From NCBI GenBank assembly GCA_020636105.1, contig JACJYL010000002.1, forward strand, positions 496,001 to 560,000: a stretch of 64,000 nt of DNA, given 5' to 3'. The position numbers were made by a program, and so were the translations under genes. The notes beneath the pieces are model-generated. The model saw nothing but the letters and a program-made list of their open reading frames with translations, was not told where the DNA came from and searched no databases. Shown here in pieces: positions 7,468 through 16,186 of the stretch (its first letter is position 1; each line of letters begins with the position of its first letter). The stretch is from Lewinellaceae bacterium. Its GTDB lineage: Bacteria; Bacteroidota; Bacteroidia; Chitinophagales; Saprospiraceae.

Positions 7468-9921
7468 ATGACTATAAAAATGAACTTCTTTAAAGATAGC
7501 GACAAATGGCTTTGGATAGCCATTTTCCTGTTGTTCTCCTGGGCAGCTTCATCCCAAACGATCATCAAAGGAACGGGCATAATTTATTTTGCGGACACCA
7601 CCCAAATGAATGCCTTTGTGCCGAATATAGCCTATGCGGCGGAAATGGCCGTGGTGGTGAATAATGGCCGGCCATATACCTGGGACAGAATCCAAAGCAA
7701 ATGGGTATTGATCGATAACGGAGGCACGGACGATCAAATTTTGTCTTTCGCCGGGACTACCTTATCCATCGAGAACGGCAACAGCGTCAATCTTTCCTCC
7801 CTGCAGGATGGAACCGGGACCGATGACCAGGTGCTAAGCCTGGCCGGAACGACCCTGACCCTTGAAAACGGGGGAAGCGTCAATCTTTCGGTCCTGCAGG
7901 ATGGGACCGGGACCGATGACCAGGTGCTAAGCCTGGCCGGAACGACCCTAACCCTTGAAAACGGGGGAAGCGTCAATCTTTCGGTCTTGCAGGATGGAAC
8001 CGGTACGGATGATCAGACCCTCAACCTGGTCGGTACAACCCTTTCCATCGAGAATGGCAACAGCGTCAATCTATCTTCTGTACAAGATGGCACTGGCACC
8101 GATGACCAGACCCTTGGGCTTACCGGTACAACCCTCAGTATCGAGAATGGCAACAGCGTTAATCTGTCCTTTATTCAGGATGGAACCGGCACGGATGATC
8201 AGACTATTAATCTGGTGGGCGATACATTGAGTATCGAAAACGGTAACAGCGTAATCCTGTCTGGATTCTTGAATACGGACGATCAGACCCTGAGCCTGGC
8301 CGGAACGACTCTGTCTATTGAAGACGGCAATAGTGTGGATCTGTCCGGATTGCAGGACGGTACCGGTACCGATAACCAGACCATCAACCTGGTCGGCACA
8401 ACCTTATCCATCGAAGATGGCAACAGCGTGGATCTATCCGGATTGCAAGATGGCACCGGGACGGATGATCAAACCCTCAACCTGGTGGGCACAACCTTAT
8501 CCATCGAGGACGGCAATAGCGTGGATCTGTCTGGATTACAGGATGGCACCGGAACGGATGACCAGACTCTGGGTCTGGCAGGAACAACCCTTTCCATCGA
8601 GGACGGCAACAGCGTGGACCTATCCGGATTGCAGGATGGTACAGGAACCGACGACCAGCAGCTGAGCCTGGCCAGCAATATCCTGACACTTGAAGACGGC
8701 GGAAGCGTAAATCTTAGCGGATACCTGGACAATACCGATGACCAAACCCTCAACCTGGTCGGCACAACTTTATCCATAGAAGACGGCAACAGTGTAGATC
8801 TTTCAGGACTCCAGGATGGCACCGGCACGGATGACCAAACCCTCAACCTGGTCGGCACAACTTTATCCATAGAAGACGGAAACAGCGTGGATCTTTCAGG
8901 ACTCCAGGATGGCACCGGCACCGATGATCAAACCCTGAATCTAGTCGGCACAACTTTATCAATAGAAGACGGAAACAGCGTGGATCTTTCAGGACTCCAG
9001 GATGGCAATACTAATATTTATAATGCCAATGGCAGCTTACCGGCAGCAACGATAAGAAGCATTCAATTCGGCAGCAACGCCAGCCGTTTCAGATACCTGG
9101 ATCCTGATAACGCGGATCAGTATTTTGAACTTTTTAATAACTCTACGCTCTCAGGAAAAGCCGGAATGTACATCCTTGATGATGACCTGGGATCAAATGG
9201 AAATATTGGCGAAATTGGCCCTTCTGTTTATGGGGTTCTGACGGCGGCCACCGCCAGTGTAAAAGGAGGTTTTGCCTCCCTGATCAATACTCCCGGAACG
9301 ACATTTTTTGCAGTGGATGGTTCAAATATAGCCAGGATTCAGTCTTCCGCAGCTGATTATCGAATAGGGAACCCGGGAACTTCTGCAACCCTATTGCAAA
9401 CTTCAACACAAAGCTGGGTAGTTACCTATGATGATCATACTGGAAATTTATATAAACAAGCATTTCCAACCCCTACAACTTTAACACATTATCACGCACA
9501 ACTGGATAAGGGTAATACCTCTACCGGCGATAGTTTCACGGGTGGTTCATATAAATTTTTAGTTGGTGGATATGGTTTAAATGCGTCAGAATTAAATGGT
9601 TTTTCTTATAATTCTGGAACCGGAGAACTTACATACACAGGCGCAAGTGGAAAAAATTTTCTTATTAATATTTCTATGAATATTAAAACTTCTTCTAAAT
9701 TGACAGAAGTAGTTTTTGATCTATGGCAGGGTGGTACAATCTCTACCACCACTGGAGAATTTGTAATTTCTCCAAACACAGAAAGTTCCTGGCAAACTCT
9801 AAGTTTCAATAAAGTAGTACGTAATTTATCTACCAGTACAATATTTAAGTTTTCTCTTAAATCAACATATTCTGAAACATTAGAGTATAAAAATATACAC
9901 ATATCTTTTACTGAATTTTAA
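7468..9921 (+). CDS. Fibre/spike-like repeat protein with signal peptide (receptor-binding candidate)
   Basis: 817 aa. N-terminal WLWIAIFLLFSWAASSQ, then 14 tandem 31-aa units with consensus DDQTLNLVGTTLSIEDGNSVDLSGLQDGTGT, then a roughly 300-aa non-repetitive C-terminal domain. Confidence 0.8.
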   Translation: MTIKMNFFKDSDKWLWIAIFLLFSWAASSQTIIKGTGIIYFADTTQMNAFVPNIAYAAEMAVVVNNGRPYTWDRIQSKWVLIDNGGTDDQILSFAGTTLSIENGNSVNLSSLQDGTGTDDQVLSLAGTTLTLENGGSVNLSVLQDGTGTDDQVLSLAGTTLTLENGGSVNLSVLQDGTGTDDQTLNLVGTTLSIENGNSVNLSSVQDGTGTDDQTLGLTGTTLSIENGNSVNLSFIQDGTGTDDQTINLVGDTLSIENGNSVILSGFLNTDDQTLSLAGTTLSIEDGNSVDLSGLQDGTGTDNQTINLVGTTLSIEDGNSVDLSGLQDGTGTDDQTLNLVGTTLSIEDGNSVDLSGLQDGTGTDDQTLGLAGTTLSIEDGNSVDLSGLQDGTGTDDQQLSLASNILTLEDGGSVNLSGYLDNTDDQTLNLVGTTLSIEDGNSVDLSGLQDGTGTDDQTLNLVGTTLSIEDGNSVDLSGLQDGTGTDDQTLNLVGTTLSIEDGNSVDLSGLQDGNTNIYNANGSLPAATIRSIQFGSNASRFRYLDPDNADQYFELFNNSTLSGKAGMYILDDDLGSNGNIGEIGPSVYGVLTAATASVKGGFASLINTPGTTFFAVDGSNIARIQSSAADYRIGNPGTSATLLQTSTQSWVVTYDDHTGNLYKQAFPTPTTLTHYHAQLDKGNTSTGDSFTGGSYKFLVGGYGLNASELNGFSYNSGTGELTYTGASGKNFLINISMNIKTSSKLTEVVFDLWQGGTISTTTGEFVISPNTESSWQTLSFNKVVRNLSTSTIFKFSLKSTYSETLEYKNIHISFTEF
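7729..9006 (+). repeat. 14 tandem copies of a 93-bp (31-codon) coding repeat
   Basis: Counted directly in the translation. There are three sub-families (IENGNSVNLS, LENGGSVNLS, IEDGNSVDLS) and two shortened units. Confidence 0.95.
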
Positions 9922-9934
9922 TTAAAAAACAATT

Positions 9935-11482
9935 ATGAAACGCTTTTTGATCATTTTGATGACCGTGCTTTTTACGGTTCAGTTATTTTCCCAGGAAATC
10001 GAAATTCCCCGAAGTTACGAACGTCAAATTAAACGCCAGTCCAAAAAGGTGGAACGCCTTGAGGAAAAGCATGACGTAGTATTAGACCCGGAGGCTACCA
10101 TCCCGCTTTTACAAACCTTTGATAATGATCCGACAGCCATTGAAAACTGGGGGATAAAATACCTGGAATTTGACCAATACAGGGACAAAATCAAGGCAAA
10201 AAAAGATAAAAGGAAGGTCCTGATCGTCATCTTTGACACCGCCGGGGAATTGACGCATCCCTCACTTTTAAAGGCAGCCCTGAAAGGATATTCATACACG
10301 GGTGAACCCCTGGCGGATGAGCATGGCCACGCCACCCATGTAGCGGGAATTATGGCTTCCGATTTTACCAATATCGGGCTTTTGCAGGTTTTGATCGATG
10401 AAGGTTATGTGAAACTTCTCCCGGCCAAAATATTGCACAACCAGGGATGGGGCGATAAACCCGAAATCATTGCAGGTGTAAAGGATATTCTCAATAAAGT
10501 CCAGGTATATGTGGACAATGGATGGCTGGTGATTTTCAACAACTCCTGGGGATGATCGCAGCTGATTGAGGAATTGGTTCCCCTTTATGCGGAAGCCGAA
10601 AAAAAGGGTATTATCGTATGCGCCGCTTCCGGAAATAATGGCAGCAGTCAGGTATCCAATCCGGCCTCCATCAAAAATGTTATTGCCGTCGGGGCCTTGC
10701 AACAGAATGAAAAGGGGGAAGTGAGCCGGGCACCTTATTCCCAATACGGGGAAGCGTTGGAATTCGTGGCCCCGGGTTCTAATATTTACAGCACCTATAA
10801 AAATGGCAGTTTTGCCTTTCTTTCCGGTACCTCGATGGCAACACCGGAAGAAGTCGCTTGTCTGGCCATAACAGGGTCATACCACAGTCAAAACACCCCT
10901 TTGGAAATTGTTTCTCATGTAAGAAAAAACGCCAATGATCTTCCCCCTGCAGGTAAGGATATTTTTACAGGCTACGGAAGTACCCCCATTGGCAACCTAC
11001 TCGATAATATTCCTGAAAAAATTGGTGATGAACCCGACGACCCGGAAGATCCAGGCCAGGATAGCATTGTGATTAAAAAGGAACGCATCATTACCCTTCC
11101 GGTTAATGATCTGAAAATGGTTTGGGGTATTGGTTCCTTCAACGATCAGCGCCCTATCATGGTGGATCTGGTTTTAAATATCACTTCCAACCGCTTGGCA
11201 GAATTAACCTATGATGAGGCCGTTAATCTTGCGAATACCTTTTTCGGACGAACGGGATTGACGTTCTCAGACAAGAAGGCCGACGTTTACGACGCAGCAG
11301 AATGGACCGCAAGGTTTTACCACCGACACGCCAACGAAAAACAGGATGTTTATAAAGTAGGCATCAAACAGATTACCGTGACGGATGAAAAAGGCCGCAC
11401 ATTTACCCGGTTTGGAGAAGATCTAAAGATTTCCGAAAATGTAAGATTTGAAGATATTCCGATCCTGACGCAATTGAAGTAA
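9935..11482 (+). pseudogene. S8 (subtilisin-like) serine peptidase interrupted by one in-frame TGA at 10553-10555
   Basis: Track ORFs 9935-10555 and 10574-11482 share one frame. Catalytic D (IFDTAG), H (HGHATHVAG) and oxyanion N (NNSWG) lie before the stop; the AASGNNG block and S (GTSMATPEE) lie after it. Signal peptide MKRFLIILMTVLFTVQLFSQ. Confidence 0.75.
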
Positions 11483-11514
11483 ATCGATTTATAAAATTCA
11501 AAACCACTCACACT

Positions 11515-11733
11515 ATGTTCACTAAAGATAAAAACACAACAATCGCCGGGATACTGGCCTTTGTTTCCTTGCTGGCCGGCCAGCTTCAATCAATGTTTGA
11601 TGCAGATCCTTTGACCAATCCGGAATGGTCCTTAATTGTTTCAGCGCTTTTTGTGTTGATCGGATTGCTTAGGGCCAAAGATTCTGTAAAAGAAAATCCG
11701 GAAACAAAAGAATTGAACCGAAGAAACGCTTAA
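11515..11733 (+). CDS. Small two-TM membrane protein
   Basis: 72 aa; TM segments IAGILAFVSLLAGQL and WSLIVSALFVLIGLL. Confidence 0.5.
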   Translation: MFTKDKNTTIAGILAFVSLLAGQLQSMFDADPLTNPEWSLIVSALFVLIGLLRAKDSVKENPETKELNRRNA

Positions 11734-11831
11734 TCAAAAGGGCGGTACATTAGTTTTCATAAGTTTACAATAAGCAGCGGGTAATTCACCTTTGGGTGGA
11801 CTGCCCGTTTTTTGCTTAAACCTAAATCAAT

Positions 11832-14714
11832 ATGCCATACAATTTTTCAAAATCGGATATTCCTTACCAAACGGCTTATGAGGCCCATAGAGGCACCTCT
11901 TTTTCTCCTGAACGGCGGGCGAAGAGTGATCAGGAAAGTTATTATCAGGATTTAAAAAATGCGTATGATGAACTTCATGCCCTGGCGGTCAAATGGGATG
12001 CCGTAGATAAGTTTGAAAAGCGGTTTGGCTATTTTGTGGATGGGTATAAAAAGAGGTACCTCGATTATTTGTACAGCCAACACGGCTGGGTAAGTACCAT
12101 GATTGCGGGACCATCCAATTTCCCTGCGGCCCGGATGAATAAAAAAGGGGACCAGGTGCATAAGAAATTGAATGAACTGTTGTCTTATTACAACCTGCAG
12201 CTCAAAAAGATCAAACAGTACCTTAAACCCGCCCACCTCAAGCCGGTCAAGACCGGTCAGGATGGAGCCATCGACATCCTTCAAAAACAACTGGATGACC
12301 GCCTGGCTACGCAGGAAGCCATGAAGGCCGTCAATAAGATCGCCAAATCAAAGACCTTGAGTCGGGAGAAAAAGATCGAAAAGCTAAAAACCGATCTCAA
12401 ATTATCTGATAAGCAGATCGTCGAGGTTATGACCCCGGATTATGCCGGACGCATCGGATATCCGGGTTACCTGCTCACCAATAACAACGCCAACATCAAA
12501 AGGCTCAAAGGCCGGATCAGCGAAGAAAAGAAGCTGGCCGTTCAAAAAGACCAGGGCAACAAAGAACATACATTCGACGGCGGCATGGTGATCGAAAACT
12601 TTGAGCAAAACCGCCTGCAGATCAAACACGATGAAAAGCCCTCCAGGGAGATTATCCAGAAACTCAAAGCCCGTGGTTTTCGCTGGTCACCCTATTACGG
12701 AGTTTGGCAGCGTAATTTGAATACTACTCCGATGTTTTATGCCACCAATATTGTTGGGGAATTGACCCCGGTTGCAAAAGAACCGGAACCAGCCGAAAAC
12801 GTAGAAGATATTGAACTTTCCAAATCCGAGCAGGAAGCCATTGAAAAGCAGGTCAAAAAGCGGATGGAAGAAGTTGAAGAAGAGCCCATAAAGCCAGCAA
12901 AAAAAGAACCAGGGCAAAAAGAAAAAAATTCAACTTTAGCGGAAGAAGCAAAGATTGTCAGGGATTTCATAAAAAAGAAATGGCCCACTTCTTCCAAAAA
13001 AATAAAAGTCCTGAGCAAGGTGGATAAAAATTTATCTGCGAGAACGCATGTATTGATCGATTCCGGCAATACCCCACTGGACTATAAACTAAAAAACTGG
13101 TTTTTCAAAGTCCTGGGAGAACCAAAGGAACCCAATAATGTGGTAAAAGCTTATGGCATTGTTTTATACAGGCCCGAGCTGGTTGTCATTGTAAAGGCTA
13201 TTCAAAAAGAAAATGAAAAATCAGAGCCGGCCGAGGAAAAAGAAGAATGTTCTCGAAACTTTTACATCAATAAGATCCACACCGACCCGGCACGTTTCCA
13301 AAACCGGGAAAAACTTAACAAGGAGATCATCAACGAGATTGCGGAGAACTTCGATGCCAACCAGTTCGACCCAGTGGTGATCTGGTATGATAAGCAAAAA
13401 GAAAACTGGTTTTTATTAGCTGGCCACCACCGACTGAAAGGAGCCGAAAAAGCAGGCCGCAAGATGGTTAAAACCCGCTGCTTTGAGGGAAGTGAGGCCG
13501 AAGCCGTCAAATACGCTAAGGAACTGTCAAACGCCAACAGAACGCTGGAAACGCCAATGGAGCGGGCAAAAATATACAGGGCTGACATTCCAGGAATGCA
13601 CAAAAAGAAACTGGAAAATAAAGCTAAACGCCTGGAAGGTAAAAACTGGAATTTCATTCTTAACCTCGCATATTTAAAGCCGATAGGAAAGGTTTTAACG
13701 GCCCTGGCTGCCCTCGATCATAACAGCGACAAAACAACCCAGCAAAACCTGGAAAAGATTGCAGACTGGACGGGAGAAGCCCGCAGGATGTTTTCACAGC
13801 TCACCGATGCCCATGAAAATGAAATGTATGACTTCCTTTTGTCCAACTTTGCTAAAACTAAAAGTATTTCCCGAAAAACGGACTGGATCACCAAAATAAA
13901 TGCCATGGTCCACCGCCTGGACTTCAATCCGGACGAACCGTTAAACCTCAAAAGGATTGCCTACAAAACGCAAGGAGAAAGCGAATACGAGGCGCAGATG
14001 TTTGCCATAGACGAAGAGATCAAAGCCGTTGAGAAAAGCAAACAGGCGTTAAAGGATCGTTTTAATGATCCAAAGGTTCCTGGGTATGTTCACCCGGATC
14101 TTCCGAGTTACGAGCAAATGCAAAAAGAGGCGGAAGTTATTTCGGAAAAACTGGATCAGAAACTTAAGGCGCTGAGAAAGAAGAAACTCGACCTCATGCA
14201 GCAAAAGGGCCGAATGATAAAAGGAGGCCTGGACCAGGGAAATTTATTTGCCCAGGTAATAAACAAAGTAGATTCAAAGGTCATTGAGATCAGGAAGGAG
14301 CAAAATAGACCGTCTGGCCAGTCTTACGACCTTTTACATAAAGAAATCCACATTCTATTCAGGAAAAAAGAGGATGAACCGAATGGCTTTATTTTTGTAC
14401 GGCAAAATCTGAAATACATTAAAAACATTTTAGAAGTTGCCAAAAATGATAAGGTTGAATTTTCGACATCGGATGTTATAAAATTGGGCGTGATCATTCA
14501 GCCAATTTTGCAAGGAGATGAAGCAATAAAAAATGATGTAGGACGCTCAAATAAAAGAACGCTGGCCCCCACGTTTAATAATCTGCTCCGCTGGACAGGA
14601 AACCCCGGCAGATACGATTTAATTGGCGTAGATACCTTTAAAAATGAAAAACCGACCATCCTTGCCCGGAAGGTCAAAAAAGCACGAATATTTAATCTTT
14701 TAGGAATAAAATAA
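11832..14714 (+). CDS. Large multidomain (polyvalent-type) protein with ParB/Srx-like nuclease domain
   Basis: 960 aa. The ParB-type block is IHTDPARFQNRE...WFLLAGHHRLKGAEKAG. The N-terminal ~300 aa end in RGFRWSPYYGVWQR, which from memory resembles the DUF3560 modules of plasmid and phage proteins. Charged linkers and a long helical C-terminus follow. Confidence 0.75.
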   Translation: MPYNFSKSDIPYQTAYEAHRGTSFSPERRAKSDQESYYQDLKNAYDELHALAVKWDAVDKFEKRFGYFVDGYKKRYLDYLYSQHGWVSTMIAGPSNFPAARMNKKGDQVHKKLNELLSYYNLQLKKIKQYLKPAHLKPVKTGQDGAIDILQKQLDDRLATQEAMKAVNKIAKSKTLSREKKIEKLKTDLKLSDKQIVEVMTPDYAGRIGYPGYLLTNNNANIKRLKGRISEEKKLAVQKDQGNKEHTFDGGMVIENFEQNRLQIKHDEKPSREIIQKLKARGFRWSPYYGVWQRNLNTTPMFYATNIVGELTPVAKEPEPAENVEDIELSKSEQEAIEKQVKKRMEEVEEEPIKPAKKEPGQKEKNSTLAEEAKIVRDFIKKKWPTSSKKIKVLSKVDKNLSARTHVLIDSGNTPLDYKLKNWFFKVLGEPKEPNNVVKAYGIVLYRPELVVIVKAIQKENEKSEPAEEKEECSRNFYINKIHTDPARFQNREKLNKEIINEIAENFDANQFDPVVIWYDKQKENWFLLAGHHRLKGAEKAGRKMVKTRCFEGSEAEAVKYAKELSNANRTLETPMERAKIYRADIPGMHKKKLENKAKRLEGKNWNFILNLAYLKPIGKVLTALAALDHNSDKTTQQNLEKIADWTGEARRMFSQLTDAHENEMYDFLLSNFAKTKSISRKTDWITKINAMVHRLDFNPDEPLNLKRIAYKTQGESEYEAQMFAIDEEIKAVEKSKQALKDRFNDPKVPGYVHPDLPSYEQMQKEAEVISEKLDQKLKALRKKKLDLMQQKGRMIKGGLDQGNLFAQVINKVDSKVIEIRKEQNRPSGQSYDLLHKEIHILFRKKEDEPNGFIFVRQNLKYIKNILEVAKNDKVEFSTSDVIKLGVIIQPILQGDEAIKNDVGRSNKRTLAPTFNNLLRWTGNPGRYDLIGVDTFKNEKPTILARKVKKARIFNLLGIK

Positions 14715-14723
14715 ATTTGAATT

Positions 14724-14834
14724 ATGGAGAATGAAATTTCAACCACGCAGGTAATTATATCTTATTTAATTTTTGCAATGGTGATCGCTTTGGGTGTCAC
14801 TGTTGGGATAGCTGTTAGCAATAAGCTTTTATAG
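14724..14834 (+). CDS. 36-aa membrane peptide (sORF)
   Basis: Hand translation: MENEISTTQVIISYLIFAMVIALGVTVGIAVSNKLL. Its convergent 6-nt overlap with the integrase stop makes this a weak call. Confidence 0.3.
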   Translation: MENEISTTQVIISYLIFAMVIALGVTVGIAVSNKLL

Positions 14835-16001
14835 AAAAAAGTCAAAATCTTTTGCCACTGCAGCCGAATCCAGACCGGAGGCTCTCAAATAACTCCTTAA
14901 GGTTCTAATGTCCGTCCATCCCCCCAGGTCGGCAATTATTTTAATATTCATATTTTGCATGGCCAAATTTGTTGCTGCACTGCGCCTCGCTGTATGTGTA
15001 GTAACAAATTTCCATTTGGGGCCGCTTTCTTCTCCCTGCTTCACCTGAGCATCCACCTTCGCCAAAGCACACACCGTTTTAATATTTCTATTGCTTTGTG
15101 CATTGCTCCCAAAATCCATATCAAAGCCTCTTTTTTCCAGTATTTCCCAGGCTTCTGATTTTACCGGCACTATACATTCGTGACCGGTCTTTTGCTGTTT
15201 GTATTTCAAATAACGTTGTCCTGATTTTTCGAAAAAACTTTCCCGTTTTATGTTCCTGGAATCCTCAAACCGCATAAGGAAATAATAACTCACCAAAAAC
15301 CGATCCCTTTCCTTTTCCAGCCAGACATCACTTTCCAGATTGACGTTTTTAATCGCTTCTATTTCATCCTCGTTAAGATATATCTTGTTTGATGGTTTAC
15401 TTTGATGGACTTTGAATCTGTGGTGCTTATAAATCTCATTAGAATGCAATTCTTTATCCTCGGCAATCCTCATGACCGTTTTAATCACTTTGATGTGTTT
15501 TCCAAATCCGGGCAACCCACACCCTACCCCACCCAAAAGGAAGTTTCTGAAATTATCATAAAATTCCAGATCAATATCGTTAAAAGAAATATCCTTAAGT
15601 TTCTTTTCATCTTTGAACTGATTGATGCGAGTGATCAGGGATTTATAACTTTTTGCGGTATTAGGTTTGTGATCAGTAAACCCGTTTTGGATATCGTTGT
15701 AATAAGAGTTGAGAAAGTCGATAAAACTGGTTTGCTTGGTTTTACCGATCAAATTAATATCACCGGATTCAATTAATTGGGTTTCAATTATCCGTTTTTG
15801 TTCTCCAATTTTTGCATTGATCCGAACATGGTTAGGATGAGTTTTTTTGACAAGTCCTTTTTTATTGTCAAACTCGGAAGGTAAGACGTGAAATTTGGTT
15901 TTTATGTATTTTTTTTCACCATTTGCATTAACATACAGCTTTATGTTACAACTGCCATCAGCTCGGGGTACATAGGTCCAAAGAATAGGTTTTACTTGCA
16001 T
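14829..16001 (-). CDS. Tyrosine site-specific integrase (Bacteroidota phage-integrase type)
   Basis: 390 aa. C-terminal HTARRSAATNL (HxxR) and GGWTDIRTLRSYLR (catalytic Tyr). N-terminal arm-type domain. Adjacent to the tRNA 3' end. Confidence 0.9.
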   Translation of the reverse strand: MQVKPILWTYVPRADGSCNIKLYVNANGEKKYIKTKFHVLPSEFDNKKGLVKKTHPNHVRINAKIGEQKRIIETQLIESGDINLIGKTKQTSFIDFLNSYYNDIQNGFTDHKPNTAKSYKSLITRINQFKDEKKLKDISFNDIDLEFYDNFRNFLLGGVGCGLPGFGKHIKVIKTVMRIAEDKELHSNEIYKHHRFKVHQSKPSNKIYLNEDEIEAIKNVNLESDVWLEKERDRFLVSYYFLMRFEDSRNIKRESFFEKSGQRYLKYKQQKTGHECIVPVKSEAWEILEKRGFDMDFGSNAQSNRNIKTVCALAKVDAQVKQGEESGPKWKFVTTHTARRSAATNLAMQNMNIKIIADLGGWTDIRTLRSYLRASGLDSAAVAKDFDFFL

Positions 16002-16056
16002 CTTTGAAAAATTAAGAATTCTTTGAGGAAATAAGAAATAATTAAGAATAATTAGG

Positions 16057-16106
16057 CCAAATATACCCCAAAAAGACCAAAAAAACCCAAATACAACCCA
16101 AAAAAA
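16057..16106. repeat. Five 10-bp phased CC+A-tract units (predicted intrinsically bent DNA)
   Basis: CCAAATATAC CCCAAAAAGA CCAAAAAAAC CCAAATACAA CCCAAAAAAA, read directly from the sequence. Confidence 0.85.
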
Positions 16107-16133
16107 TAGATGTCATAAACACCTGATAATCAA

Positions 16134-16167
16134 TAAAAAAAGCCCTTGAACGTTGATATTCAAGGGC
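16134..16167 (-). terminator. Rho-independent terminator downstream of tRNA-Glu
   Basis: Minus-strand hairpin GCCCTTGAA-N8-TTCAAGGGC followed by TTTTTTT. Confidence 0.6.
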
Positions 16168-16186
16168 TTATGTCTTGGGTATTGAG

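Noticed and set aside
7734-8921. Alternative-frame and antisense ORFs inside the fibre gene (for example 8469-8921 and 8318-8665)
   Set aside because: They are periodic artefacts of the 93-bp repeat. The sense frame gives a signal peptide and a continuous 817-aa protein.
10553-10620. SECIS-like element downstream of the protease TGA
   Set aside because: Only a 4-bp GGAA/TTCC stem (GGAATTGGTTCC) is present. It does not resemble a bacterial SECIS hairpin at the expected distance.
5199-11482. Element-wide TGA reassignment (code 4 or 25)
   Set aside because: TGA terminates three other element ORFs (5772, 6360, 7178). Two of these sit at overlapping gene junctions where the next gene is in another frame. 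All other ORFs are intact under the standard code.
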